Origin: Podarcis liolepis
Lineage: Eukaryota
Assembly: GCA_965112155.1 (NCBI GenBank)
Contig: OZ218103.1
Reading direction: 5' to 3' (one strand)
Length of the DNA: 64,000 nt
Part shown: positions 25,501-38,236 of the stretch, in pieces
Position numbering within the stretch: the stretch's first letter is position 1
Layout: every line of letters starts with the position of its first letter
Notes under the pieces: generated by a model
Database searches by the model: none
The model's input: the letters and a program-made list of their open reading frames with translations, nothing else
Told to the model about the DNA's origin: nothing
Translations under genes and position numbers: made by a program

Positions 25501-26744
25501 GAGAGTCCTCTGAACAGCAACTGCAGAATATTTGAAATATTAAGTGTCCAGAAAAAAGTTAGAATTCATTTTCATTTCTCCATCTTTGCTTTTTAAAAAA
25601 AGCTTCTCTACCACAGAACAGCATGCAGGATCTTGCCACTGATGTGGGAGTATAACCACCATGAGATATAGATGATATAGATATATACTAGATCTATAAA
25701 AGCAAACTCATGCAGGTGGGGATATCTGCAAAAGAAGTCTGTTGCAAAGTTAATCCCAGGAGCTCTATATTTGCTTAGGCCTTGTGACAACATCTTGTTT
25801 TTTGACTTGTTGAATTGCTGGCCTCTTCCCCACCCCCACCCTGTGTAGTTGCACTCTGTCCATACCTCTCCCCAAAGTATTTTATATCCAGAATCTGGCT
25901 GTTATATGATTTAGCTTCAGAATTTGGATCCTTTTCCTTATCTGGAAATTGCATCCAGATTTCATCACAGTCCCATGGAAATAAAGCACCCACGTTCTGG
26001 TGCTGCATTTGCAAAAAATGTTTTTAAAGCAGAAAGGCCGTGGTGTTGAGAACATAGTTTTGCAAATGTTACTGGCACACACTGACTTTAATTACTTTAA
26101 TTAATGGCCAGTAGAATGATTTAAAGAAGCAAGTCTTACAGGAGTAGTTTTATCTTGTTTTATGACTAATACTACATCCCCTTTAGGGTAGAGATGACAC
26201 ACTTGTATGCAAGCATTTCATTCAACATTAGCTTACGACAAAAACTACAATAAACTGCTAAGCAAGGGAAATCATAGCAAAGATGAAATGTGAAAGCTTT
26301 TGAAAACTGGGGAAGGCCACAATTTATAAACTTCAAATTGGCCAGTGGCCCATACCAAAAATGCAGTTGTGCATGCTTTGACACTCTGTTACAACATAGG
26401 TATAAATATTTTACCTTACACCAATGCATGTGCTTGTATTCTCTCAGGTGTGCTTTTAAGCAGCTGAAGGCTCAAACGCACAACACAAGTACTCTCATGC
26501 ACACAACACGCACACACACTTCCATGTTCAACAAGGCGCAACAGAATGGAGATGAAAGTTTCTATTCCTTGACTACAGATGTGCAAAAATACCACAGAAA
26601 GCTTAGAGCATCTTGCCCATCTCTTCCTCGTGTCATCTATGTGTGGGAAAGCCATGGTGAGTCAGTTGCACTTTTGCCTCCTCTGCCATTTTGCCCTTGT
26701 GTGTTGCTTTCCACCATGAAGCTCTGCTTAACATACACTTCCAT

Positions 26745-27424
26745 CAGGGCCCGATTTAGGTTTGATGAAGCCCTAAGCTACTGAAGATAATGGGGCCCTT
26801 TATACAGTGGTACCTCGGGTTAAGTACTTAATTCGTTTCGGAGGTCCGTTCTTAACCTGAAACTGTTCTTAACCTCAAGCACCACTTTAGCTAATGAGGC
26901 CTCCTGCTGCTGCCGCATCGCTGGAGCACAATTTCTGTTCTCATCCTGAAGCAAAGTTCTTAACCCGAGGTACTATTTCTGGGTTAGCGGAGTCTGTAAC
27001 CTGAAGCATATGTAACCTGAAGCATATGTAACCTGAGGTACCACTGTATGTCCAGCTGTCCTTTGTCAACAACAAATTGTCACTGTTTTTTGTTTTGAAT
27101 ATATTCTATATGGTAATTTATGGCCCTAACAGGTATCTAAACCCATTTGCACATGCAGAATGTAGGCACCCTATATATAGAAACGAGCAAACCAGTGTTA
27201 TATTAAGGGAGCATGCTAGCAGGAGGGGCCCATGACTTACATCACACAACACAACACAAAACAAAACACTGTTGCTGTATGTAGCTTTTATTTTATTTGT
27301 TTTTTATCTTATATTTTGGAAATGTACATCCAGTTTTTCCCCCTTTATTTTTTTTTGGGGGGGGGGCCAAGAGAGTGGGGCCCTAAGATATAGCTTGTTT
27401 CGCTTATACATAAATCCGTCACTG
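26745..27424. mobile_element. Non-autonomous hAT transposon hosting a nested Tigger-like MITE
   Basis: TIR CAGGGCCCGATTTA / TAAATCCGTCACTG; TSD ACTTCCAT (26737-44) vs ACTTCCAG (27425-32), 7/8 match. Confidence 0.82.
26805..27046 (+). mobile_element. Tigger-like MITE, family A copy 2 (nested)
   Basis: TA|CAGTGGTACCTCGGGTTA...TAACCTGAGGTACCACTG|TA. Confidence 0.92.
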
Positions 27425-27499
27425 ACTTCCAGTCAGACCCCCACCTGGGAACTGTACCAGGCCTTGCTCTGAGGCACCAAGCCTGCTGCTCTTCAGGCG

Positions 27500-28100
27500 C
27501 TGGACCTTAACCAATCCCCTTGGCTCCTCCTCCTGCAATCTGTGCAGGAGGCGTCTGAGGGATGTGGCCAAGGGGGTTGGTAAGGGAATGGCATGGGCTG
27601 CTTAGCCCCTTCGTTTTGCCTCCACGCCCCATAGCATTTTAAAGCACTTGCTTCCCCGCCCTTGCTTTTTTGAACACTTGCTGCGTTTGGAGAGCCTCCC
27701 CGCTTCTGTAATCTGATCCCAGCAGAGGTTGAAGAACTGTAGTTTCAAGGTCCCGATGAAAGCCTGCTTCTGATTGGAGGTAGGACCAAAGAGCAAACAA
27801 AGGCTTGTCCTGATTGGTTGGGCAAGGGGAAACTAATGAACCAAGCCGAGGGAAGGCACGCTGCTGTTGCTAGGTTACACTCCATACACAGAGTGTGGCC
27901 TAGTTCTTGCTCTGCCTATGTAGTTTCCTCTTCTTATGGGTGCTATCTGTGCCAGTAGCTGACCTTATATCTAAGAATAAGAACTGGATCAGGGTTGACT
28001 TCTTTGCTCTGCCGTCTGTCTGTCTTAAAAATAATAATAAAATTGCCGCTTAAAAGCTCTTCTATATCAGGATTGCTTTGCCAGGGTAACTTCGTGTTGG
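27500..28100 (+). promoter_or_regulatory. Putative UBE2U promoter: CCAAT boxes and two RFX X-box-like motifs
   Basis: CCAAT at 27511-27515; CTGATTGG (inverted CCAAT) twice, ATTGG at 27773 and 27813; GTTGCTAGGTTAC at 27866-27878; TTTGCCAGGGTAAC at 28077-28090; locally raised GC/CpG just upstream of the first coding exon. Confidence 0.55.
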
Positions 28101-28209
28101 CAGATCGCAGCTCAATTCAATTCAACAGTTTGAAAAGGCAAAATGTTCTAACCTTTTATTTTTGTGGTCTTTAGGACAGATTCTGTGGGAGAACATGAGT
28201 ACTATGAAT

Positions 28210-28275
28210 ATGCACTCGAGAGCTTACTTGTTGCTGGAAAGAGAGTTTATAGAACATGAAGAAGCCAAGATCTTT
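28210..28275 (+). CDS. UBE2U: UBE2U first coding exon: MHSRAYLLLEREFIEHEEAKIF
   Basis: Matches the recalled human N-terminus (MHGRAYLLLHRDF); donor gtgagt at 28276. In-frame upstream ATGs at 28195 and 28204; acceptor-like ttag at 28171-28174. Confidence 0.92.
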
Positions 28276-28430
28276 GTGAGTACAGCTGGATTCCCAACCC
28301 CCAACCCCCACAACTTTGTTTACAGTGGTCAAGATCAAGACTGAAGTATAACACTGTATCCATCATCATTATAACCCTCCTCATCGTTAATAAGGGATGT
28401 AATGTCTCTACTGTTCCATAAATCAAGAGA

Positions 28431-28431
<1 letters not shown>

Positions 28432-28465
<34 letters not shown>
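28432..28465. repeat. (ATT)n microsatellite
   Basis: Directly visible. Confidence 0.95.
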
Positions 28466-28466
<1 letters not shown>

Positions 28467-29462
28467 TAATGTTACACATGGTAACTGGTGTTTAATAGCC
28501 TAACTGGATGAAGTGGGCTAGAAATATTCTAAATAAAAAACAGAGGGGGAGCAGTTTATTATGATTCTTTTTAAAAATGAGTTGTGCATTGATTTTGTAA
28601 CCAAATGATGAAAAATGTTTCTGACTTGGATCCTAACTGATCATCTGCGTATAGAGAGGATTCTTCCATTTCTAGAGGTGAGAAGGATCTAGCAGATGCT
28701 CCCACTGATAACATCTTTTTTGCCAATTTCTCCTCCCTATACTGCCACATATGGTGGTTCACAGAGTCCCCCAATTCCCTAGAACAGTTTTTTTGAGGGG
28801 CAAAGGTGCTCCAGGGAGAAGAAATGAGGTCAATTAAAGTCACCTCCCCATTTCTGCTGGCTCACAGGGTGCTCCTACCTGCAGAACTTGAGCTTCTGAC
28901 CCTTTCCCCACTTTTCTCTGAAAAAGACCTAACTTTCTTCCTCATACTTCTTGAAATGCTGGGAATTGGTTTGCTAGTGTCTCAAAGCTTCCCTGCTAAA
29001 GTGCTTAGGATGGTGCATAATAGACTATTTCTTAAGAATAAGGTTGCCATCTTAAAAAACTTCACGACAGGCAGAAACCTTACCGGTGCAGCCTTTTGCA
29101 GCACAGCAGTGGGATGGCGAGGAACGTTTTGCCTGTTGATCCTCTGCACCGTGGTCATTCAGCAGTTAAAAACACAGGAGAGCTAACTTGTGCCAACCCC
29201 AAGTGAAAAAGCCAGAGAGTGACCCTGCTGCCATGTAGGGGTTTTCCAGCAATGCCAGAGCAGTAGCAGCCACCTACCCTTCATTTGTGTGGGGACAACT
29301 GCTAATACAGGGACAACTAACATTTCTCAGCTTAAGGGCTGCATTTCCAGGGGGTCCATGTCAGTGGTAAGAGGAGACAGAGGCAAAAGTGTACAGAATA
29401 CACCCCTCCCTCCCTCCCTCCCTCCCTCCACCTCTCTCCTCCAGGCAAGCAAGAGGCATTAT

Positions 29463-29680
29463 TACAGTGTAAGTGTGGTGGTTAGTGTGTTGGGCTTGAC
29501 TGGGGAGCCCCGTGTTCAAATCCCCACTCAGGGATAAGGTTCCTTGATCCAGTCTCTCTCAGCCTAGCCTACTTCACAAGGGTGTTATAAAGAAAAAAAT
29601 GGGGAAGGGGACAATTGTGTGTGCACCACTTTGAACTCCTTCTAGGAGGCAAAATGGAATATAAATGCAATAAAAATAAT
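29463..29680 (+). mobile_element. Near full-length tRNA-derived CORE-type SINE with L2-like tail
   Basis: A-box-like GTGGTGGTTAGTGTG, B box GTTCAAATCC at about 29514-29523, ctctctcagcctagcctacttcaca core, A-rich tail. Confidence 0.65.
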
Positions 29681-29866
29681 ATTTTTTAAAAATCCAACCA
29701 GAGAAAAACACTTGAAGGTCACAGAGCTGGACCATTGTGGGGTGATGTCAAAGAAGGGGACATGACCGGCTGAAAGTCCCAAGAGCCAAATTGAGGGTCC
29801 TCAAGGGCCACATTCAGTCCCTGGGCCTGAGGTTCTGCAATCTTTTCTAGATGATATCTGTCTCAA

Positions 29867-30256
29867 GAGACAATGGAGTGCACCTCTGGGGGTGAAGTCA
29901 AACCATTGCATTAGCAGCTCCGAAGTAACTTCCCCGGGGTGCAAGCCTGAGCTGCTTGTATGGAGGTCCTCAGCTGCCCAGATGATAAGACCTCCTCTTG
30001 GCCTCACTTACTGATGTGGCCCAAAGGAAAGCAGATCAATACATTTGGCACGAGCTTGGCTGCAGGAGTCACCAGAAGGAGGCATACAAGGCGTCATCCA
30101 ACCGCCTTAGGGACTCCATTCTGGATTTGTGTAGGGTTTATTATTTAGCCTTTTCTTTTCTCAAAGATATCCCATAAGGCAGCAGAGGCTTAGGATCAGA
30201 GTTTTCCTTCTCCTAGATGGGCTACCTTTCCAGGTTGATGAACCCCACCTTCCCCC
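29867..30256. mobile_element. Interspersed repeat, possibly RTE-clade related
   Basis: Ends in gagttttccttctcctagatgggctacc...ccaggttga, which I recognise as a recurring squamate repeat; the family assignment is uncertain. Confidence 0.4.
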
Positions 30257-30888
30257 AGTAGTAGCCAAGCAATTATTTTTTCCTTAGTACAAGGTAACGG
30301 TATATGCTATACTACTTCTCAATGTAGGGATGGGTTTTTATTATATATCCCTTTTAGTTTTTTCTGGGGGGGAGGGAGAGTAAGAATTTTGTATTGAGAA
30401 GATGATTTACATACCTATCCTTAAAGCAATAAATTTAGAATAAGGAATGGACTATGGAACAATCTGGAGTTAAGATGAACACAGAGGAATGAACCAAATA
30501 CAGTATGTGAGTTGTGTTGATGAGTTGTTTTGCTTGAGTAGGAATGAAGGGAAATGGTGAAATATTATTTTATCTAAAACATCTGTCCATAGAAAGAATG
30601 GATCTTGCAAAGAATGTGGATACCATCCTTTCCTTATTAGGAGGCAAATAAAGATGTACATGATAGGAGACTTTTAAAATATTGTAAACACCCCTTGCCT
30701 GCAGGGGAGCATGCCCTATCAACTCAAATGGATCTATAAATAATAACTAATTTCATGAGTGATTTAGGTGAATTTATGTGTACATAAAACAAGGTATGTT
30801 GATAGATAAAAACTGCAATAAAACAACTTACAGACATACATTGAATGAAAATGTACAAATTAACGTGATTCAGATATACCAGGAAACC

Positions 30889-30891
<3 letters not shown>

Positions 30892-30951
<60 letters not shown>
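30892..30951. repeat. Compound (CT)n(CA)n microsatellite
   Basis: Directly visible. Confidence 0.97.
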
Positions 30952-30952
<1 letters not shown>

Positions 30953-31411
30953 ATATATCCAGGTAATGTAAAAATTAATAGCAATACAAAACAATTATTA
31001 AAGTGACCATTACATAGGCTATCAGCATTCTGTCTGTGTGAATGGAGCCTGTCCAAATGCTGGATTTGCACACCCCCACCCCAATCTTCTCTTCCTCTTT
31101 CATGTGATGGGTAAGGAGATGGGAAGCTTCTGCTTCTAATTTTAGACTAACTGCATCTGAACCCAAGGAACTGGGGTTAGTTTAAGTTAACATTAGTGAG
31201 AATAAACCAGAATTAAACTGTGGTTTCAGATCCTAGTTTGTTGTCACTAGTCATAATCTGATCAAACCACAGTTCACCAAGTTCAAACATCACAGGGAAC
31301 TGTGGTTATTTTAAAATCAGAAGCTTATGATCTCCTCTAGCACATGAAAGGAGAAGTAAAGTGATAGTCCCATCAAGTCTGAATTGGGCTGCTTTCATTT
31401 TCTTTTCTCAG

Positions 31412-31493
31412 GGCATTACTGTTGCTCCTGTGGGAGACAGCTTGATGGAATGGGTAGCTGAAATTGAAGGCCTGAAGGATACCTTATGGGAAG
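31412..31493 (+). CDS. UBE2U: UBE2U coding exon 2: GITVAPVGDSLMEWVAEIEGLKDTLWE(G)
   Basis: Polypyrimidine tract plus cag ending 31411; donor gtagcc at 31494; 82 bp; UBC-fold W-x4-G and WEG motifs. Missed by the ORF track. Confidence 0.94.
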
Positions 31494-33101
31494 GTAGCCA
31501 TACTGTTTCCTATAAATGTTGTGTTGCACTGTGATATTGCACTGCCAAAACAATTACGAATGCAATGTTTTTAATGTGCCGTTACTACTGCTTGCCAAAT
31601 ATATAACCCTTTACATATAAATGCTTTGCAGTCTCTATTGTGTTCTCTCTTCAATTACCTTGCAATATATTGAGGGATTATATTATATTGCCCAGTCAGT
31701 CTGGAAGTGGAACTTGAATCAATGTCTTCCAGATCTCAGTCCAATACCTTAACAGTAGCATTTCAAGAATAATTTTACTCCTTTCACTCTTTACAATCCA
31801 ATAAAATATCTATTCCTGTTGTAAATATTTGTCTGATTTTAACACCAATGAACAATTCACACTGGGTTGTGAATACAGTGTATAGCTTTATTATGTCATG
31901 TAGTGCTTCTCAACACAGATTTGAAGCATATATGAGTGTCATTAGGTGTGTAGACAGTCCTTAACTACATGAACAGTGGCAGTGGATTCACTACAGTTAG
32001 GTAACATAGGAATATAGGAAGCTGCCTTAGATTCAGTTGGAGTATTGGTCCCATGTAGCTCAGTATTATCTGCGTTGACTGCTAGTAGCTCTCCAGGTTT
32101 CAGACAAGGGACACTCCCAGCACTATCCAGAGACTTTCCCATTACATGGAATGAAGCCCACACGCTTGGTGCAAGTATATATGTGGTATATATGTGAAAA
32201 TAACTGCTCCTGTGCTTTCATATATTGCATCGTGAGTTCAGTCTTAATTTTTCTAAAACTTTGAAGTAATAGGTCACCTCACTGAAATATTTTGTGATGT
32301 AGAAAAAGATTGAAAGAAGAAAAAAACAAGATTTCAGTAACCTTTTGAAATGACTGCACATGTATTGATAGCATTGCAAATTTTCAAAAACAGATGTTTT
32401 GCAACTATGAAATATCACATCATAGGCATTAATATGTCTATATCTTTATGTAATGAGTGGAATAGCATATAAATTTTAAACACAATGAAGTCGAGCTCAT
32501 TGCTCTATTATTTACTAATTCAGAGGTGGCCATCCGTACAGCTACCAACCCCAACCTGATGCGGTCTAGTTGTTTGGGTCTGCAGCTGCCATAGTCTTTC
32601 ACCATTGGCCATGCTGGTTGTGGCAGAAGAGAGTGGTATATCTGATAGGCACCAGGTTAGAGAAGGCTATCTTAGAGATATAAAGGTGACACTGTATGCA
32701 TCTCTCTAAATCCCCTGATGCACCTTAGGCTCCTTCTGCCCGTTCTCTTTCTGTTCCTGCCATCTGCTTTCCTCTCACACATTTGACGTCCTGTTCACCA
32801 CAGCAGGAGAGGGAAGGAGTGGGCAACAAGACCAGGAAGAGAGTGGGTGGGAGGAGCTGCAGCTGCCTTATCTCCCATTGCTGCATTAGATTAAAAGGTT
32901 TGCATCCGGTGTCTGCATTGCAAAGTAGCAACCCTAGCTATAAATATTTCTAAAAGTATGTCAATATAAAGCTACAGTCTGTGCAAGCTTACATGCAAGT
33001 TAGGCATATTGATGACAGCAGGACTTATTTCCAACTAAATGCATGCAATTTGGGGCTACACGTGCACTTAGATGTTCTGATTTATTTATTTTTTGTACCA
33101 G

Positions 33102-33194
33102 GAGCTGAACTCCAACTATCATTAAGGTACACTGAAGAGTACAACAGAGTCCCTCCAAGCGTCACTTTCAACACTATTCCATTCCATCCCAATG
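33102..33194 (+). CDS. UBE2U: UBE2U coding exon 3: (G)AELQLSLRYTEEYNRVPPSVTFNTIPFHPN(V)
   Basis: Acceptor cag ends 33101, donor gtaagg at 33195; 93 bp; E2 PPxVxF...FHPN signature. Confidence 0.96.
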
Positions 33195-33599
33195 GTAAGG
33201 ATGGCACTGATGTTGGTGTCCTTCCCATGGTGGTTGCTTAGCAGCAGAGGCTAGGTGTCCTTGACCCAGTCATGCTCCTAGATTTCAGAGTGGTTCTACT
33301 TCAAAGTGCTTTTTAGCAGCTACACATAATTCAAATGCTAAAGCCTTTCCTTAAGGATAGGAATCTATTGACTTGCTACATTTCTCTCAGGTCCTTGGAG
33401 CTGCATTTTAGCTTCAAAACAACCCTATAATGTGGAGTTGCCAAAACCAACCAAAGCTAGCTGTAGTCATTACACCAGTTATAGCTTTCTAATAATTATC
33501 GACTTGATAGTTAAACGTCTGGTGTAGAAAAGTGTTGTGAATATGTACCCTAACCAGATGAGGCAGAAACATTGTTGGTTTGTGGACAGTCTGATCCAG

Positions 33600-34410
33600 A
33601 TAGAGGTGTACAGGTTGATTCAGATGCAGTTACAGTCCTGCTGAAGACTCAGTTTCACAGCTTGGGGGTCGCCATTGATCCTGCACAGTTCTTAGAGTCC
33701 AAACTGGCAGTGATGACTAGGATAGTCCTTTATGAGTTTCAGCTGGTACTACAATTCTGCCCTTTCCTCCAAATCAGACCTGGCCACTATAATTCATGTA
33801 CTTGTAGACTTGACTGCTGCTTCTGTAGTACACTCTAAATTGTGCTGCTCTTTAAAGGCATCTAGAAATTTCAATTAGTACAAAAAGACACTGCTAGGTT
33901 TGTGGTCGTTGCCTGTTTGTTGTCAAGTTCAACTGGAGGTAATGGGTCCCATTTTTTAAGCACTAAATGGCTTTGGGACCTTGATGCATTAAGTATAGCT
34001 TTCTTCCATATGGACTCTTTCATGTACTTTTTAAGTATCTGAGGTCCTGCTCCATTCCCACCCCAACAAGCTGAAGTTTGCTTACTATGTAGGAGAAGAT
34101 CCTTTTTTAGTAGTAGAGCAGATTCCATAGAACTGGATCCCCAGGCCAGTATTACTGCCTCCCCTTAGACCCACAGGTCAGCGTATGTCTTTTTAAGGAG
34201 GCCATAGGTGCAGTAACTCTGTTGTCTTTCTGCTTTTTGTATACATTACTTCTGCTCATACATTTGCAACCACTTTCAATTTTTAATTTTTTTCTGGTGT
34301 TGTGTACTTTTTTGCCTTTATTATGTTGTTTGTTCATTGCTATGACAATTTTGTTAGTCGCTTTGAATTATTTAATAGAAAGCTAGATACAAATTTTAAA
34401 TGAAAAATAA
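33600..34410 (+). mobile_element. Degraded L2 LINE 3' portion in UBE2U intron 3
   Basis: Translations LGVAIDP...FQL...CPFL and CRLDCC resemble the L2 post-RT region; L2-like tail at about 34355-34410. Confidence 0.6.
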
Positions 34411-34578
34411 CTCAGAGCTTTAGATATCTGCATACCTTTCTTTTGTTGTCTAGCTGTAGGGAATAAAACTTATCATAGCCTGTCTAGCATAATTCTGATA
34501 CAAAGTTTCAACTGTCTTATTGGCATATAAGTGTATGAACCTCCATTCTGAGCATTAATGATTTGTCTTCCATGCAAG

Positions 34579-34676
34579 TGGACCCAAAGACTGGAAGACC
34601 TTGTCTGGATTTTCTAGATGATCCTACCAAGTGGGACACCAAACTTACAATGACTAGTATCCTACTTTGTATCCAG
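34579..34676 (+). CDS. UBE2U: UBE2U coding exon 4 with catalytic Cys89: (V)DPKTGRPCLDFLDDPTKWDTKLTMTSILLCIQ
   Basis: Acceptor aag ends 34578, donor gtaaag at 34677; 98 bp; TGT at 34602-34604 is residue 89 counting from ATG 28210; G-x-P-C-L-D-F-L...W motif. Confidence 0.96.
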
Positions 34677-36288
34677 GTAAAGAAAGAACTGTGCAAAAAA
34701 TAATTTATCTTACTTTTCTTTTGTTATCAGGATAATTGGGGTCTGATGCCAAGATCCAAATAGCTTACTTAGGTTCATGTAATAGGTTTCCATGAGTCCA
34801 ATGAAGTCCCTGCCACCGCTCACTATTTGAAAATGTGTTCACTCTCCCTCCCATAGCACAAACTGTTTATGAAGCTTCCCTCAGTTTTACAAGTTTCAGA
34901 ATCAGTTTGCTGGTTAGTAGGAGAGAGGGCCTATAAGGGAAAAAGTATAGCACACATGCACCAGCTTCAAAGAATTGTTTTCTCAGTTTTTTGGATTCCA
35001 GTCACAGTATTGATTTCAAACCTAAATTGTATTTGTACGAAGCAGGAACCGTTATTCATATATTTGTTTCATTGAACGCCATAGCAGTTTGCTATTGATT
35101 TTCATAGTCAAAACATGGAACCCAAAAAGAAAGGAAATATGTTTCAATCGAAAAGTAGTTGTTGCTTTGGATGTAATATACCAGCAGTTTTGTACAAACT
35201 CATTTCTTTGGCCCCATTTTCCAATTAAGGTATGAAATGTGAAACTCAATTTTGTTCATCTTTTGTTAATTCACCTCATTTTGCTCATGTGCTTCACTTA
35301 CTCCTTATTAGCCTTGTCTGAAACAGCTTGGACAAAACTGTTGTGAGAAGCAATAAAATAAAAGCAGAAAAAGGCCACATTTTAAAAGCTGTAGCAGTAA
35401 CTTCTTAATTTGGATAAGAATTTAATCTGTATGTGAATTATGTTTTAGACAGAACTTCAGACAGTTCTAATGGTGAACATGAATAGCCCAGTTGCAGCTT
35501 TTGCTAGTTCTGCCTTTCATATGTTAAGGCTCTTTCTGTCACTCTTTTACAAGCAAACCAGTGTGGGCAAAGTAATCAACATGGCTAACTTTCCATCATG
35601 AATTTTTGAGTGTTCTGGGACAAAATGTGCCTACATTTCTTTGGTGCCGTGCAAAGACACCCAGCTGAATCTTGTTGGGGAACCCTGAGAAAAAGCTGTG
35701 AGTGAATTCCTATCTTCTGTGTGCAGAGTATTAGGCTGCACACGCCCCGTACATTTAAAGCACACACACACCAAAAAAAGAATCATGAGAACTGTAGTGC
35801 ACCCCTCACAAAGCTACCCTTAACAAACTACAGTTACCAGGAGTCCATCTGGGGCTGGATGTGCTTTAAAAGTATGGTGGATGTGCAGCCTAACACTCTA
35901 CACACGCAAGATGGGAATTCACCCATAGATTTTTCTCATGGCGGGACTGGCAGCAATCACCTCTGTAAGGAAGTTGAGGCTGCAAAGTCGCTTTCCTGTT
36001 AAATGGTTTAACCATAGAGAGATCTGGCTCACTCCCCCCCCCCATTACCCCACGTCTGCCACTCAGCCATGTCAGTCAGGAGTGGCATGGTTGAGGCAAA
36101 CAGAGCAGAATGGTGGGAGGTATAGGCTGACCATACTGTTTTCCTTGTGCATACACACATAGAACAGGATTTGCCAAAGAAGCAAATGTTTGTATCCTTC
36201 TTTTCAGTCATGAAATGCTTTTACTTTCTCTGAATTCTGGTGATTCATAAAGCTTTATAAACTGGTACGCCCATGTATCTTCCTGCAG

Positions 36289-36415
36289 GTTTTGCTGTCT
36301 ATTCCAGTTATGAAAAATCCAGTGAACTTGGAGGCAGCTAATTTGCTGAAGAACAATTATCCCCTGTATAGGAAAAAAGTTATACAGTGTGTCAGAACTA
36401 GCCAGCACCTAGATG
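36289..36415 (+). CDS. UBE2U: UBE2U coding exon 5: VLLSIPVMKNPVNLEAANLLKNNYPLYRKKVIQCVRTSQHLD
   Basis: Acceptor ctgcag ends 36288, donor gtaata at 36416; 127 bp; NPVNLEAA motif at the end of the UBC fold. Confidence 0.95.
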
Positions 36416-36958
36416 GTAATAAACCTCCATGCTTTATGCTTTTAGTCATAAATATATTCTTTGAGCACCATGGGGAGTTTTAGAAGAACCCGTTTAAATG
36501 GCTTTCTTAAAAAACCACTATTTTACACAAGGCAGTAAATTTTAATTAGTGTGATTGGCAATGTAACTTGAGTATGGGTTCTCTAGGCAGATCTATGATC
36601 TCACAAAGCATATTTGCCAGGCAGTGTTCAGAGGTGATGCAGAGGTCATGAGCTGGGAAATGAAGCAAGGGCAACACTGGAATAGGAGAAAGTTAGAGTT
36701 GTTAGCCAGTGATTTCTTTAGATGCCACATTTACCCTACAGCATCACCCACAATGAAAAGTAACCACATAGCAATGCCACTATTTTGCTACTACTTTACA
36801 TTAAGGTTTGAGCCCAAGCAAATATTGACATTGGAACTGAGATGTATCCTGCACCTTCCATGTATTCTGATCTCACCTGAGTAGATCAAAGATATAATAT
36901 AATTCAGACACGTTAAAATATGTGTAACTATAGGCCACATTCATTGGACCTCCAAGAG

Positions 36959-37244
36959 CAGCCTTTCTCAACCTTGGGTCCCCAGATGTTGTTGGACTAC
37001 AACCAGGGCTTTTTTCAGCGGGAACTCACTGGAACTCAGTTCTGGTACCTTTCTTGTGGGTTCCAGCACCTCCAGTCATTCTAAGAGAACAAGGGAGGCC
37101 TTCATGGTGAGTTCTGGCACCTCTTTTTCTAGAAAAATAGCACTGACTACAACTTGTATCATTTCCTGCCAGCATGGCCAGTGGTCAAGGATGATGGGAA
37201 CTGCAGTTAAAGAACATAGGGGGACTCAAGATTGAAAAAGGGTG
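36959..37244. mobile_element. hAT-type MITE interrupted by a second MITE
   Basis: Ends CAGCCTTTCTCAACCTT / AAGATTGAAAAAGGGTG; internal actacaac...gatgatgggaactgcagt palindrome. Confidence 0.7.
37004..37145. mobile_element. Nested hAT MITE
   Basis: TIR CAGGGCTTTTTT / AAAAATAGCACTG; perfect 8-bp TSD ACTACAAC (36996-37003, 37146-37153). Confidence 0.88.
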
Positions 37245-37835
37245 GTTTGGTCTTCATATGGCAAGACCCTATATGAGCATTCTTTCCTTGAGGTTGTGTT
37301 TGACTGGAGGATGCAGTTCTCAGCTGGGGTAGTTGTAGCATTATCACTATTCAACAGGCCTCCTGGGTCAAGACATCATTTTTATTCTGCACCTGTGATG
37401 TGAATGGGTTTGTTCAGACAAGTTAGAATCCGTTCAGGTCTTCATTGACCCCATACAATTTCCTATGGGTTGGCACTAAGTATGGGGCAGCCTCAAAAGC
37501 CAGACAAGATCAAATGAGGCACTTGTTGCACATGGTATGTAGACAATTTGCCACTGCACTTCGAATGGTCATGGCAGTACTTCTTCAAGCTGCGGTGATT
37601 GTGCAAACTGCAGCAGTTGCATGTCCACCTCACACTTGCAAACACCAATTCACAGAACCATTGCATCCATGTAGTTTTGGCCAGTTTTTGAGATCACTGA
37701 CATTCCTGTGCATTGGGTTCAACTACATCTGAACTATGTATTAGTGGGCCCTTTGGGGGGCATGTTAGGATTGTAAGTGCCCAGAACGTTAAGGATAAGC
37801 AAATCACATATTTTTAAAAGTTGCTCTTTTTATAG

Positions 37836-37905
37836 CTATCAGTTTGGAAAGATCTCTCAGCACATTCAGGCGTCCCCAAGAAGATGAAGAATATGGCCAA
37901 GAAAG
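37836..37905 (+). CDS. UBE2U: UBE2U coding exon 6 (linker): (A)ISLERSLSTFRRPQEDEEYGQE(R)
   Basis: Acceptor tttttatag ends 37835, donor gtaata at 37906; 70 bp; open frame, phase 1 in and phase 2 out, as needed between exons 5 and 7. Low sequence conservation. Confidence 0.78.
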
Positions 37906-38187
37906 GTAATAAATTATGATTAAGAGGCTGTAAATGGGCCACAAAAAGCTTACAATTTTATAACCATCCAAATTAGGGTAACTGTATAAATTAACTCCTT
38001 TTGTATATTTCTGGTTGATCGGTTGGTTGGTTAATTAGAAAACTAGTAAGCCATCATTCAGAAAAATATATATCAGGATAACAATAAAATGACTGAAACA
38101 ATCAAGATATAAAACCTCTATAAGTTGAAACAGTGGAAGAAGCATTAGAACAAAACCATAAATATTTAGCAGGATGGATAAAACCAT

Positions 38188-38235
<48 letters not shown>
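38188..38235. repeat. (AAC)n microsatellite
   Basis: Directly visible. Confidence 0.97.

Positions 38236-38236
<1 letters not shown>

Noticed and set aside
26290-26784. 164-aa ORF between ROR1 and UBE2U
   Set aside because: GTG start, no domain, and it runs into a hAT element.
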